Origin: the human T2T-CHM13v2.0 reference genome, Homo sapiens
Length of the DNA: 64,000 bases
Strand: one strand, 5' to 3'
NCBI RefSeq assembly: GCF_009914755.1
Contig: NC_060941.1
Shown here: piece after piece, positions 1 to 15,935 of the stretch
Position numbering within the stretch: position 1 is the stretch's first letter
Layout: every line of letters starts with the position of its first letter
Made by a program: the position numbers and the translations under genes
Notes under the pieces: model-generated
Database searches by the model: none
What the model saw: the letters and a program-made list of their open reading frames with translations, nothing else
What the model was told of the DNA's origin: nothing

Positions 1-780
1 CAGCAATAGTCACAAGAGCCAAAAGGTGTAAACAGCCTGTGTCCATCAATTAAAGAATGGATAAGCCAAATGGATATACATATAATGGATTATTATTCAG
101 CCTTAAAAAGGAAGGAAATCCTATTGCATGCACAATATGGCTGAACCTTGAGGGCCTTGTGCTAAGTGAAATAAGCCTTTCACCAAGACAAATACTAGAT
201 GATTCTACTTACAATCAGGTACCTAGAATAGTCAAATTTAAAGACAGAAAGTAGAATGGTGGTTGCCAGAGGCTGCTGGGGGGTGTGGGGGTGGGGGAAT
301 GGGGAGTTATTGTTTAATGAACACAGAATTTCAGTTTGGGGAAAATGAAAGAGTTCTGGAGATGGTTGTTGATGGTTGCACACAATGTGAACATACTTAA
401 TGCCACTGAACTGTATACTTTAAAATGGTTAAAATGGGCCAGGCAAAATGGCTCACACCTGTAATCTCAGAACTTTGGGAGGCTGAGGCAGGAGGGTTAC
501 TTGAATCCAGGATTTGACAACAGCTTGGGCAACATAGCAAGACATTGTTTCTACAAAAAATTTAAAAATTAGCTGGGCATAGTGGCTTGTGCCTGTGGTC
601 CTAACTACTAATGAGGCTGAGGCAGGAAGATTGCTTAAGTCCAGGAGTTTGAGGCTGCAGTGAGATATGATTGAGCCACTGCATTCCAGCCTAGGCGACA
701 GAGTAAGACCCTGTCTCTTAAAAAACTTTTTGTTGAATGGTTAAAATGATAAATTTAATGTTATGTGTATTTTAAAAACC
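1..780 (+). mobile_element. Old L1 (L1MB-like) 3' end, interrupted by an Alu
   Basis: Typical L1M 3' UTR motifs (cagccttaaaaaggaaggaaat, gtagaatggtggttgccagaggctg, acttaatgccactgaactgt). Confidence 0.85.
437..725 (+). mobile_element. AluJ
   Basis: Dimeric Alu; TSD aatggttaaaatg at 424-436 and 736-748. Confidence 0.9.
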
Positions 781-1094
781 ACCACCAAAAAAGACAGAAA
801 AATTATACATAGGTCAATGGACTGCTGGGTCAGGGAGTAGCAGGGTGGGGATCAGAGATCATTTGGGTCTGTAGCCTCCTTTGACGGGAAACCCGGGGCC
901 CGCAGAAGAAAAGGGAAAGGTCCAGGAGCTCAGGATTGTCAGTGGCAGAGCCAGGACTACAGCCAGGGTCACTTGACTCCCTTCCCCCTCTGGGATGTGA
1001 GCTCTGTGAGGGCAGGGACTAGGTCTGTCTTGCCTTCCACTGGGTCCCCAGTGCCCAGCACTTGGCAGTAGTGCAATGCATTTACATCAGATGA

Positions 1095-1567
<473 letters not shown>

Positions 1568-2334
1568 TGATGGTTGGGGAGGTAGATCATTTGGCTGTTT
1601 TCTTCTCCATTCTCACCAAAAGGATGTTGCTGAATGCAAAATGCTAAAACCAGTCCTCTTTTGCCTTCTGGTGTTGGCTGCTTCTGAAGTCACTATATTT
1701 AACATCAAAGTGTAGAAAGCGGCAGCCAAAAAGCCAAGCCGCTGGATTGCGAGGCTCCTCCAAACAGGGCTGCCTTAGGTTTCAGAGAACATAGGAGGGT
1801 GGGTGGGCAGAAAAACCATGCTCAGAGCCAGCACTATCACTGCTGTCAGCGTCAAGGCTTCAGGGCATCCTGGCCTGGGTCCTACCCCAGGCGAGAGAAA
1901 ATGCCATGGCAACGGCATCAGGATGCTATGCTGCTCTTGCACTGAAGATTTAATGGGAGCCGTATCTGATTACCCGAGCTCAGGCCTGCCCTGCCCTGTC
2001 CAGTCCAGCCCAGCCTGGCCTACCCTACCCAGCCTCTTCCCCAGCCCAGTCCTTGGCCATTAGCATATCACCAGAGAGGTCAGCACTTTACAATTATCCG
2101 TCCAGAGGGCTGGCTGGTGGGAAGGACTTGCCCCACTGTTCCCTAGAACACTTGTGTTTCTGCTGTTGCACCAGGTTTTATTTTAGGTTTTGACGATTTA
2201 GGTGACAAAATAAATGAGACTGAACTTTGCTTTCCTCTGGCCTGGGGACAGGACTGAGTGAGGGAGCCCACATTGAGTGGCCTTAGTTCCAGAGGCAATC
2301 AGATCCAACTTTGCTCTTGATTAGCTGGAAATTC

Positions 2335-3970
2335 TTTTTTTTTTTTAATTTTTTTATTTTTTATTGATCATTCTTGGGTGTTTCTCACAGAGGGGGATTT
2401 GGCAGGGTCATAGGACAATAGTGGAGGGAAGGTCAGCAGATAAACAAGTGAACAAAGGTCTCTGGTTTTCCTAGGCAGAGGACCCTGCGGCCTTCCGCAG
2501 TGTTTGTGTCCCTGGGTACTTGAGATTAGGGAGTGGTGACGACTCTTAACGAGCATGCTGCCTTCAAGCATCTGTTTAACAAAGCACATCTTGCACCGCC
2601 CTTAATCCATTTAACCCTGAGTGGACACAGCACATGTTTCAGAGAGCACAGGGTTGGGGGTAAGGTCACAGATCAACAGGATCCCAAGGCAGAAGAATTT
2701 TTCTTAGTATAGAACAAAATGAAAAGTCTCCCATGTCTACTTCTTTCTACACAGACACGGCAACCATCCGATTTCTCAATCTTTTCCCCACCTTTCCCGC
2801 CTTTCTATTCCACAAAACCGCCACTGTCATCATGGCCGGTTCTCAATGAGCCGCTGGGCACACCTCCCAGACGGGGTGGTGGCCGGGCAGAGGGGCTCCT
2901 CACTTCCCAGTAGGGGCGGCTGGGCAGAGGCGCCCCTCACCTCCCGGACGGGGCGGCTGGCCGGGCGGGGGGCTGACCCCCCCACCTCCCTCCCGGACGG
3001 GGTGGCTGCCGGGCGGAGACGCTCCTCACTTCCCAGACGGGGTGGCTGCCGGGCGGAGAGGCTCCTCACTTCTCAGACGGGGCGGCTGCTGGGCAGAGGG
3101 GCTCCTCACTTCTCAGACGGGGCGGTTGCCAGGCAGAGGGTCTCCTCACTTCTCAGACGGGGTGGCCGGGCAGAGACACTCCTCACCTCCCAGACGGGGT
3201 CACGGCCTGGCAGAGGCGCTCCTCACATCCCAGACGGGGCGGCGGGGCAGAGGCGCTCCCCACATCTCAGACGATGGGCGGCCGGGCAGAGACGCTCTTC
3301 ACTTCCTAGATGGGATGGCGGCCGGGAAGAGGCGCTCCTCACTTCCTAGGTGGGATGGCGGCCGGACGGAGACGCTCCTCACTTCCCAGACTGGGCAGCC
3401 AGGCAGAGGGGCTCCTCACATCCCAGACGATGGGCGGCCAGGCAGAGACGCTCCTCACTTCCCAGACGGGGTGGCGGCCGGGCAGAGGCTGCAATCTCGG
3501 CACTTTGGGAGGCCAAGGCAGGCGGCTGGGAGGTGGAGGTTGTAGCGAGCCGAGATCATGCCACTGCACTCCAGCCGGGGCACCACTGAGCACTGAGTGA
3601 ACGAGACTCCGTCTGCAATCCCGGCACCTCGGGAGGCCGAGGCTGGCGGATCGCTCGCGGTTAGGAGCTGGAGACCGGCCAGGCCAACACAGCGAAACCC
3701 CGTCTCCACCAAAAAAAATACAAAAACCAGTCAGGCGTGGCAGCGGGTGCCTGCAATCGCAGGCACTCGGCAGGCTGAGGCAGGAGAATCAGGCAGGGAG
3801 GTTGCAGTGAGCCGAGATGGCAGCAGTACAGTCCAGCTTCGGCTCGGCATGAGAGGGAGACCGTGGAAACAGAGGGAGAGGGAGACCGTGGGGAGACGGG
3901 AGAGGGAGAGGGAGACCGTGGGGAGACGGGGGAGACCGTGGGGAGACGGGAGAGGGAGAGGGAGAGGGAG
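2335..3970 (-). mobile_element. Full-length SVA retrotransposon (SVA_D-like)
   Basis: Read on the minus strand: (CCCTCT)n head ~3850-3970, Alu-like domain, GC-rich VNTR ~2860-3480, SINE-R ~2365-2850, AATAAA (tttatt 2360-2365) and poly(A). Imperfect TSD agctggaaattc (2323-2334) / agctggatttc (3971-3981). Confidence 0.97.
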
Positions 3971-6204
3971 AGCTGGATTTCAAAGCTTCATCCATGCTGA
4001 GCTGCAAGGGGAATGGACAGAACTGGAAACTGGGGCAGACTGGAGTTGCCAGCCTAGGCTGGGCTGTGAGCTCCATGGAGCAGATGCCGGGCCATCCTGC
4101 CCCGGCTCTAAGCCCAGCCCCAGGCCAGGGCCGGCACCTGGTAGGCTCTTCATGAGTGCTTCCTGAATGAATGCTGCAGAATGGAAATTCTTTTATGAAG
4201 AGAAAAATCAGAACTGATTTGAGCTCCTCTGTCAGCCTTACTTCCCTCATCTGTTTCAGTAGAGCTAAATACCCATGGTTGTGTTTGTGTGGCATTTTCT
4301 GCAAAATGAAAAGAAAGAAGCATTCTTTTTGGGTTGGTTCTTTATAATCAAAATGGGTATATATCTTTTAGCTTGAAAACTCAAATCCCAGTAATTGAAT
4401 AGAATGCACTGACCCTGAGGATAAGTTATCATGCCTTTGAACCCTTCCCCAGTATCATAAGAGGAAAGGAAAGGGTGAATATAAGGTTAATGGATTCTGC
4501 TGCTAAACCGAACTTGGAAACGAGGTTTCATTGATTTAATATTTCCTCTATTAAGCCTCCCAAGACTGTATCCCTTGTAGCCCTACCAAAGTGCAATCTC
4601 TGTACTTTCTTCTCCATGAGAGTCTGTGCCACAGCTTGAGTTCTGTGAAGGGGAGAGACTACTACCCCCTAGCCAGCTGGCCTCTCCCCTTCCTGGCTCA
4701 AAAGAGTAGCAAGTCCAGGCCCGCAGGCAAAGCTGCTTCCATCAGGATAAGTCTCCTCTTGAGGAGGCTGCTGGATTTATGGCTGCAGACATGCCCCTGC
4801 TGTGTGTGACCCAGGTGGTGAGTCATTCCCTCTGGGCGTGGACAGAGGAGGGGTGTTCAGAGACAGCTGCAGGAAGAGCAGGGGCAGGAGGCAGGCACCA
4901 TTTCACTGCTGCAGGCTCCCAGCACACCTGGGGCTCATTCTGTGTCTGGATAAGCCATAGGGTGACAGGGCACACTGCTGTCTCAGTGGCTACATTGTGT
5001 CCTCCCCCTTAACCTTCCTGGAACCTCTGCCCTCAGTCTTTTCTTCTCTAAACAGATGTGCCTACCACCACCCCCATTCTTCCTAGGCCTGCCTGCCCTC
5101 CCTTGGGGGGCTCTGATTTCCCTGTTAGGCCCAGGTCTGCTCCTTGCTGGCTTTATGACTTTTACTCTCTTTCCCACATGCATGAAAAGGGCAGAGAGGG
5201 GGTATGGCATCTCTGGGGCCTATCTGGCTCTTAACCATTGCTGACATGCATTCTCATCCCTTCCTCTCCTCCTCCACTTTCCCCATCTTGTAGACAAGTA
5301 TCAAATACTGCTTCTGTAACTGCCAGCCTGGTGCCATCTGAGGACTGACTTTGGTTAAGATTGCTCCAAATCTCAAGAGCCTCCTAGCCCCTGCCCAGTC
5401 CTCTGGCTGTGTATTGCATTCATGTGAAGTCAGATTCTTACTATTTGGGGGTGGGGTTGCTTTCTCAGAGCAGGGGCTTGGAGGCACCTGGGTGGTCAAG
5501 TCTTTGAGTCTTTGAGTGCCAAGTGTGATGAATAAAGAGAAAAGGTTAGGGATATATCTTTTTTAGGTAAAAAAAAATTTAAAAAGAGCAGTAAATAAAA
5601 CAATGAGGCTTTTTAATGCAGACAGAAGACTGTTGCACAAATGTTTTGAGCAACAGCTATATTTTTGGAGTGTGCTGTCACTGCTTGTAAAGTATAGCTT
5701 TTGTTTGGATGTGTGAGTTCTATCTAGTTTGTTACGTAAAAAACAAGTGTCACTTCACCATAGCTGCATCCAGTAAAACAAGGATACTTCCAGCCTGTAC
5801 AGAGGTCTTCTATGTTATTATCTGAGTATCGGCGAAGTGTGGATTGTATTAAACTTTTATTAAAATAGTGGTGATGGTATCCTTTCATGAATTGAGAGTT
5901 AGGATGGGGTAGTTTCAGAATTCCTCCAAGATATTAACTTCAGATCCAAACTCAGGCTTTGCTAGCAGGTGAGACTATATCATGCAAACATCCAGGCTTT
6001 AGAGACAGAACTAGGATCAAATATTGGTACCACCAATTCAATGATGGGATCCTGGCTTACCAGGTGTGAAGTGGTATCCCAGTGTGGTTTTGTTTTGTAT
6101 TTCTCTAATGACTACTGATGTTGAGCATTTTTTCATGTGCTTTTTGGCCATTTGTATATCTTCTTTGGAGACATATCTATTCAATTTTTTTTGCCCCTCA
6201 CCCC

Positions 6205-6510
6205 TTTTTTTTAAGAGACAGGATCTCACTTTGTCACCTAGAATGGAGTGCAGTGGCCCAATCATAGCAGCATAGCTCATTGCAACCTTGAAATCCTGGT
6301 CTCAAGCAATCCTCCCACCTCAGCCTCCCAAGTAGCTGGGACTTCAGGGATGCACCACCACAACTAGATAATTTTCTTTAAAAAAATTTATGTAGAGATG
6401 GGGTCTTGCTATGTTACCCAGGCTGATCTTGAACGCCTGGCCTCAAGTGATCCTCTTGCCTTGGCCCCCCAAAGTGCTAGGATCACAGGCATGAGCCACA
6501 ATGCTTGGCT
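6205..6510 (-). mobile_element. AluJ
   Basis: Antisense Alu consensus. Confidence 0.9.
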
Positions 6511-6732
6511 CCATTTTTAAACTGAGTAGGTTTTTTTTTTTTTTTTGGTTGTTAAGCTGTAGGAGTTCTTTATATATTCTGAATATTAATCCCGCCTATT
6601 TTATGGTTGTCTTTTCACTCTCTTGATTGTATCTTTTAATGCACAAAAGTTTTAAATTTTGATTGTCCCATTTATCTATTTTTTCTTTTGTTGCCTGTGG
6701 TTTTGGTATCATATCTCAGAAATCTTTGCTAA

Positions 6733-7060
<328 letters not shown>

Positions 7061-7428
7061 TATTTTAAGATTTTTATAGTTTTCCCTTCGCTCTTATGTT
7101 TAGGTCTTTGGTCTGTTTGGGGTTCATTTTTGCATATGGTATAAGATAATGGTCCGACTTCACTCTTTTGCATGTGGATATTCAGTTTTCCCAGCACCAT
7201 TTGTTGAAAAGACTGTCCTTTCCCCTCTAAATACTTTTGGCACCCTTGCTGAAAATCAATTGACCATATACGGGAGAGTTTATTTCTGAGTTCTCTACTT
7301 TATTCCATTGGTCCATGTGTCTTTCCTTATTCCAATACCATGATGTTGTGATTATTATAGTTTTGAAGTAAGTTTTGAAATCAGGAAGTGTGAGTCCTCC
7401 AACTTTGTTCTTTTTAAAGGTTGTTTAG

Positions 7429-8048
<620 letters not shown>

Positions 8049-8139
8049 TTAAAGGTTGTTTGGCTATTTGGGGTCCCTTGAGATTTCATGTGAATTTTAG
8101 GATGGATTTTTCTATTTCTGAAAAAAATACCATTGGTCT

Positions 8140-8281
8140 TTTTTTTTTTTTTTTTTTTTTTTTCAGAGACAGGGTCTTGCTATGTTGCCCAGTCTGGACT
8201 CAAACTCCTGGGCTCAAGCAATCCTCCCATCTTAGCCTTCCAAGTAGCTGGGAATACATGTGCATGCCACCATGCCTGGCT
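8140..8281 (-). mobile_element. Monomeric Alu (FLAM-like)
   Basis: Single arm with poly(T). Confidence 0.8.
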
Positions 8282-8363
8282 TCATTGCAATTTTAACTGG
8301 GATTTCATTACATCTGTAGATCACTTTGGGTAGTGTTGTCATCTTAAAAATATTAGCTTCCCA

Positions 8364-8653
8364 GGCCAGGCATGGTAGCTCATGCCTGTAAATCCCATCA
8401 CTTTGGGAGGCCAAGGTGGGAAGACTGCTTGAGCTCAGGAGTTTAAGAACAGCCTGGGCAACATAAGGAGACCCCATCCCTACAAAAAATTTAAAAATTA
8501 GCCAGGAGTGGTGGCTTACACCTGTCATTTCATCTACTCAGGAGGCTAAGGTGGGAGGATGACTTGAGCCCGGGAGGTCAAGGCTGCACTGAGCCGTAAT
8601 TGAGCCACTGCACTCCAACCTGGGCAACACAATGAGGCTGCCTTAAAAAAAAA
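8364..8653 (+). mobile_element. AluJ
   Basis: Alu consensus. Confidence 0.88.
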
Positions 8654-10782
8654 CTGTCTTCCCATCTATGAACACAGGATGTTTTTCCATATATTTATGT
8701 CTTCTTTCTTCTTTAATTTCTTTCAGCAACGTTTTATAGTTTTCGGTGCACAATTTTTTGCTGCCTTGGTTAATTCCTAGGTATTTTATTTTTTTAGAGG
8801 CTAGTGTAAATGGAATTGTTTTCTTTTCTTTTCAGATTGTTCATTGTTAATGTATATTAACAGAAACACAACTGATTTTTGAATGTTGATTTTGTATCCT
8901 GCAGCTTTGGTAAATTTATGTTATTCGCTCTAGCAGTTTTTCTTTTTTTTTTTGTTTTGTGGTATCTTCAAGGTTTTCTACATGTAAAGTCATGTCATCA
9001 GGGAACAGAGATAATTTTACTCCTTCCTTTCCCATTGAGATGCCTTTTATTTCTTTTTCTTCCCTAACTGCTCTGGCTACAATTTCCAATACCATGTTGA
9101 ATAGAAGTGGTGAAAGGCAGCATCGTTGCGCCTATATATATTTTTACAAAACACAGTCATACACCATGAGAGCAAACAAAGCTGAAGAGAAGACCCATTT
9201 GAGTCCTTATTCCATAAAAAATTGCAAGAGGGTGAAAACAGGAACCATAACAGGATCTGCAGGTCTTTGCAAGCCCTGAGAAAGTCACCTCAGACTTCTG
9301 TCTGGAAAGCCTTCTCTCCAGCCTATCTGCCCATATCTAGCTCCCATCCAACGTCCTCTCCAGAACCTTCTTTGCTGCCGCCCACAAGAGAGGCCCTCTG
9401 ATGGGCTCCAGCACCTGATAGTACAGTTCACACAAGGACTGAGCCTTCAAGACCATTCTAATGTTCTGAGAACTTTTTCAAATCTTACCGGCTTAATGAG
9501 CCGTTAAGTATCTTCTTGGCCCCCAACCCCAACCTAAACTGGAAGCTGCTTGGAGGCAGGACATCTTCATGTCAAGAAGGCCTGGCTTTATGCTGATGAG
9601 GGCCCTTTATAAGTAAAATGATGATTATAAACCCTTCTGAGGCCCCCAGGTGACAGGCACTGGGCAGTCTGGTGAGATGAGAGCTCGGTTCCCAGCTGTC
9701 CCCGGTTCTCCCTTCAGACTTAGAAGCAGGAGAAATGTGCATTATAATGGAGTCTAGAACAGGGAGTGTGAACTCAGATTTTGGTGAGTTCTAGTTCTGC
9801 CAATTACTGTGTGACTACAGGCAATAACTTGACCTCTCCAAGCCTTTTGGACTGCTGTAAAATGCTGCAATAACAGCACTCTCTCACACAGTGGCTGTTA
9901 GAGGAGACTAAATAATACAGAAAACACCTGACAGAGCCTCTAATACAGAGGACCTTTCCTTGCTGTTACTTCTAACTTTATTACAGCTCTTCTGAAAGGA
10001 GCTCTGCCAGTGCCCTCCCCTTGCACCCCCCTCCTCTCCCATTCCCGTGTCACCACTGCCACCTACAGGTAAACAGCCATCCACAAGCTACACCCATCAG
10101 ATTCAAAACCCTGGGAGCTCTAGCTTTCTGGATTTCTGGGTTACTGAGCCAGGAAGACCTCCATGCTTCCAGAAGGAAGCCCCCAAACTTGGCTTGCCCC
10201 ACCTGTAGGGTAAAGGAGCAGGCACACCACAATTTCCTTAAGAATCCAAGCATTAAAACTCCAAGAGGTCTTAGAGACCATCTAGTAAAAAGATTCCCCA
10301 TAAGTCCACATTTCCTGGACCCCAGGAAGTGGGGCATGGGGGAGGAGGGGCCACGGTGTTGTTGCAAGTTCCCTATGGGCAGTTTCTTGCCCTTAAAGCT
10401 ACCATTGAACCACTGGTCTCAAGTCTTCAAGGAAATGGCTCTCATTCTTTTCACCAAAAAAATGGAGAAACAGAAGAGAGAATGAAAACCTGTTTATTTG
10501 GTTTGAGCCAGGTTCTTGACAGACATTACCTCATTTAACCCTACCATCCCACCCCCCAGCCGCCAGGAAGGTTCTCTCTCTCTAATAGGAAGAAAATGAA
10601 GCCTGGTGGGGTGACTAGCCCCACAGTGTGCAGAGAGGAGGTAGCAATACTGCCAACCACATGACCCAGGTCTTCCTGGTAAGCCTGGCCTTGGACCCTG
10701 ATCCATCCTCAGGTAGAGGGTCACAGAGGCAAAGAAGACCCTGGCCTCCACAATAGACGGTCCAGAGTATTGGATGCAGCCC

Positions 10783-10838
10783 ACCCTCCTGATTTTTAGG
10801 TGAAGTCTAAAGACCCTCCTGATTTTTAGGTGAAGTCT
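10783..10838. repeat. Direct repeat: 26 bp identical, 30-bp period
   Basis: accctcctgatttttaggtgaagtct at 10783 and 10813. Confidence 0.9.
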
Positions 10839-10909
10839 TAAGTGTAAAAGAGAGTGCTGGTGAAAGTGTCAAGTTAAATTAGATGCTGGGTCACTTTATT
10901 CTCTCGTTC

Positions 10910-11785
<876 letters not shown>

Positions 11786-13229
11786 TTGTTTTCCTCTCTT
11801 TGAAACCTTCTGTTTTCTTTAAAGACCAATAAACTCTCAAACTCCCCAACTTATTCTCCTGTCTGGAGAGCTCAGTTCTAAAGGACAGCTCTGTGTGAGC
11901 CCCAATTCCACACCCTGGCCTCATTAGGACACCACATCCTCCCACTCCCCAAACAAAGGAACCCTTCAGGCCAGCCAAACAACAGAGAAAACAGAAGCTT
12001 GTTAGCCACACAGGCCCGAGGCTGCTGACCCAAGTTCTTTTTTAACTGGAATTCCCTTGAGGAGGATCCACAGATTTAAAATGCATTTGGGGTGTGCTCT
12101 CTAGAAGCAGAGCCACTGGTATTTGATGTATGCCGTTCTTTGTACTTAATGGAATAACTTACGTGTGAGTCAGTGTGTGAGAGTAGCTGGGGGAAGAGGC
12201 CAATTTAGGGCCAGGATGGAAATTGGCCATGGGGGAGGAAAGGCCTCTGCAGGAGCCAGCCAGGCCCCAAGATGGTGCCAGGCTTTGGGGAAGAGGGGGC
12301 TGTGGCCAGCTTGTCCCAGCCTAGCAGGCTGTGCTCTAATGTCAGACAGGTGGGGTTGGCTGGGAGGATCAAAGTTTCTCTGTGACCTGGTGATCAGGTT
12401 ACAGTTTCTGCTTAAAGCAGAGCAGATAAGGGAAAGTGGGGGCGGGGTGGGGGGGTGGGATTCACCTGTCCTGTCTTCCTCTCGGCCTCTTCGTGCAGTC
12501 TGCTTTGCTGCCAATTTCTTCTTCCCCAGAGCGCCTCCCAGGGGCTGTTCCCCTCGCCCTCGTGCCCACCATTCACCACCAGCACTCTCAGAGAAGAGAG
12601 GAGGTGTGCCTGAGAATTTCACAGTGTGCCACACTGTCACCAGCCTTTTTTTTGAGCTTCTCCCGATGACAGAGACACATCCCAGAGATGTGAATGCCAC
12701 TCCTTGGGAAGGATTATCCAAAGACTTCCCAGCTCAATTTAAAAACTTCAACTGTGAGGCCTCTCCCTGCCAGACTGGGATGGAAAGAAGTAAGATGGAG
12801 CCCCTACACTGAAAGCACTCCCCAGGAAAGACCTGCAGCCAGCCATCCAGGACACAGGGCACAGACCTGAGGCTGAACAGGGGAGCAGAGGGGACTGTGA
12901 AAGCTAAGAAATGGGCCTGGTACAAGGAAAGAGCAGGAATTTGAAGAGAGAGGAACATCATAGGCTATGCAAACAGCCTCCCAGGGCCAGGGCCTCGGTG
13001 AAGGGGAGCGGTGAGAGGAGGCCAGCTCTGGAGTGTCCTTTCATTTTCTCTAAGGAGTCTGGGCTTTCCACAGGAGGCAACATGGGGCTTTTCAACAGGA
13101 GTGACAAGAATATTTATGTCTGAGACAGATCGCTCTGGTAACAGCATGGGGGCTGTAGTGGAGTGGAGAGACTGCAGGCAGGAAGCAGGGGGCAGGTTAT
13201 CACAACTGCTCAGTGAGAAAAGGAGACAG

Positions 13230-13450
13230 GACAGCATGTTGGTCAAGGTCATGGCTTTGAATCTGGGGACTGGGGGTCAGTCTTGGCTCTCTCTGACCTA
13301 GGACACATTTCTCACGCTCTCTGAATTTCATCCATAAAACGGGCAAAACAATTGTACCTCCTCACAGGGTGTGGTTAAGATCAAATAAGTTAGTGATGTA
13401 AGACACGAAACAGGGAACCTGGAACATAGTGAGGGCGCAATAAATATGAA
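13230..13450 (+). mobile_element. MIR
   Basis: Degenerate MIR core (catccataaaacggg...gtacctcctcacagggtgtggttaagatcaaat). Confidence 0.65.
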
Positions 13451-13794
13451 CCACAATTCTTAACTTGTGTATTCTGTGGACTGCATCTCAGGAAAGACGG
13501 AATTCCAGCGGGGAAGCAGAAGGGGAGGGTGACTGTCTCCAATGCTTTTATTGCAGCCTCCAGGTGGAATAGTGAAGTGGCCACCTTAACTGCCTCCTGG
13601 AGTGTGAGCAGAGAGGACCAGGACAAGGCTGCAATCTGTTGGCCAGGCACCAACTAGCCTGTGAGGCCAACCAGGGACCGCAGGCATCACCAGGAACAAG
13701 GCTATAAAAAGGCCTCAAAGAGTGATTACAAAATTCCACACCAGGAGAAAGACTCCCAGAAGTTTCCCAGGGCTCATACCTGCTGTGCTCATTA

Positions 13795-14135
<341 letters not shown>

Positions 14136-14179
14136 CACCCATGGTAAAACTTCAACACTTGTATTAACATGTATTTTTA

Positions 14180-14848
<669 letters not shown>

Positions 14849-14851
14849 GTA

Positions 14852-15156
14852 AAAATGACTACATATTGTATGATTCCATTTATATAAAATGTCCAGAATA
14901 GGCAAATCTATAGAGACAGAAAATAGATTAGTGATTGCCTGGGGTTGGAAGGGCTGGGGGAAATGGGGAGTGATTGCTAATGGGTACGGAATGATGAAAA
15001 TGTTCTAAAACTGATTGTGGTAATGGTTGAACAACGCTGTGAATACAATGTTTTTTAAAAAAAACTCTGTGACTATACTAAAAACCACTGACTTGTACAT
15101 TGTAAATGGGTGAATTGTATGGCATATGAATTATATCTCAATAAAGCTGTTGAAAA
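14852..15156 (+). mobile_element. L1MB-like 3' end
   Basis: tgtatgattccatttatataaaatgtccagaataggcaaatc ... ctcaataaagctgtt. Confidence 0.85.
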
Positions 15157-15209
15157 ATGGGAGAAAAGCTACTAGGAATGTGTTCAATGTAGTATTATTT
15201 AAAATCCTT

Positions 15210-15472
15210 AGCTGGGTGCAGTGGCTCAAGCAGGAGGATCACTTAAGCCCAGGAGTTTGAGACCAGCCTGAGCAACATAAACCTTGCCTCTACAAAAAAT
15301 ACAAAATTAGCCAGGCATGGTGGTACATGCCTGTAGTCCCCAGCTACTCAAGAGGCTGAGATAGGAGTATTGCTTCAGCACGGAAGACTGAGGCTGCAGC
15401 GAACCGTGATCACATCACTGCACTCCAGCCTGAGGGACAGAGTGAGACCCTGCCTCAAAAATAAAATAAAAT
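15210..15472 (+). mobile_element. AluJ with internal deletion
   Basis: Alu consensus missing part of the left arm. Confidence 0.8.
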
Positions 15473-15552
15473 TCTTAAAACTTCTCAAATATAAAATAAA
15501 AAAGTGATGATTAAATATAGTATATTGATTCCACTGAATATTATATAGCTAT

Positions 15553-15935
15553 TGATATAGTTTGGATATTTGTCCCCACCCAAATCTTATGTTGAATTGT
15601 AGTTCCCAATGCTGGAGGTAGGGCCTGGTGGGCAGATCCTTCATGCCTTGATGATGTCTTTGTGATAATTCTTGCAATATCTGGTCAGTTAAAAGTGTGT
15701 GGCACTCCCTCCTCCACTCTCTCTCTCTGTTTTTTGTTCCTGTTTTCACCATGTGAGGTGCCTGCTCTCCCTTCCCCTTCTGCCATGAGTAAAAGCTTCC
15801 TGAAGCCTCCTCAGAAGCAGCTGCCAGTACTATGCTTCCTATACAGCCTGCAAAACCATGAGCCAAATAAACCTCTTTTATAAATTACCTAGTCTCAGGT
15901 ATTTCTTTATGGCAATGCAAGAACAACCTAATACA
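15553..15935 (+). mobile_element. MST-type MaLR solo LTR (MSTA/MSTB-like)
   Basis: TG...CA ends (tgatatagtttgg ... ctaataca), AATAAA, 5-bp TSD gctat/gccat. Confidence 0.88.

Noticed and set aside
2368-4304. Cluster of 70-189 aa ORFs
   Set aside because: These are translations of SVA SINE-R, VNTR, Alu-like and hexamer sequence.
12165-12812. 215-aa and 183-aa ORFs in unique GC-rich DNA
   Set aside because: No recognisable domain, overlapping ORFs on both strands, and no exon structure; consistent with chance.
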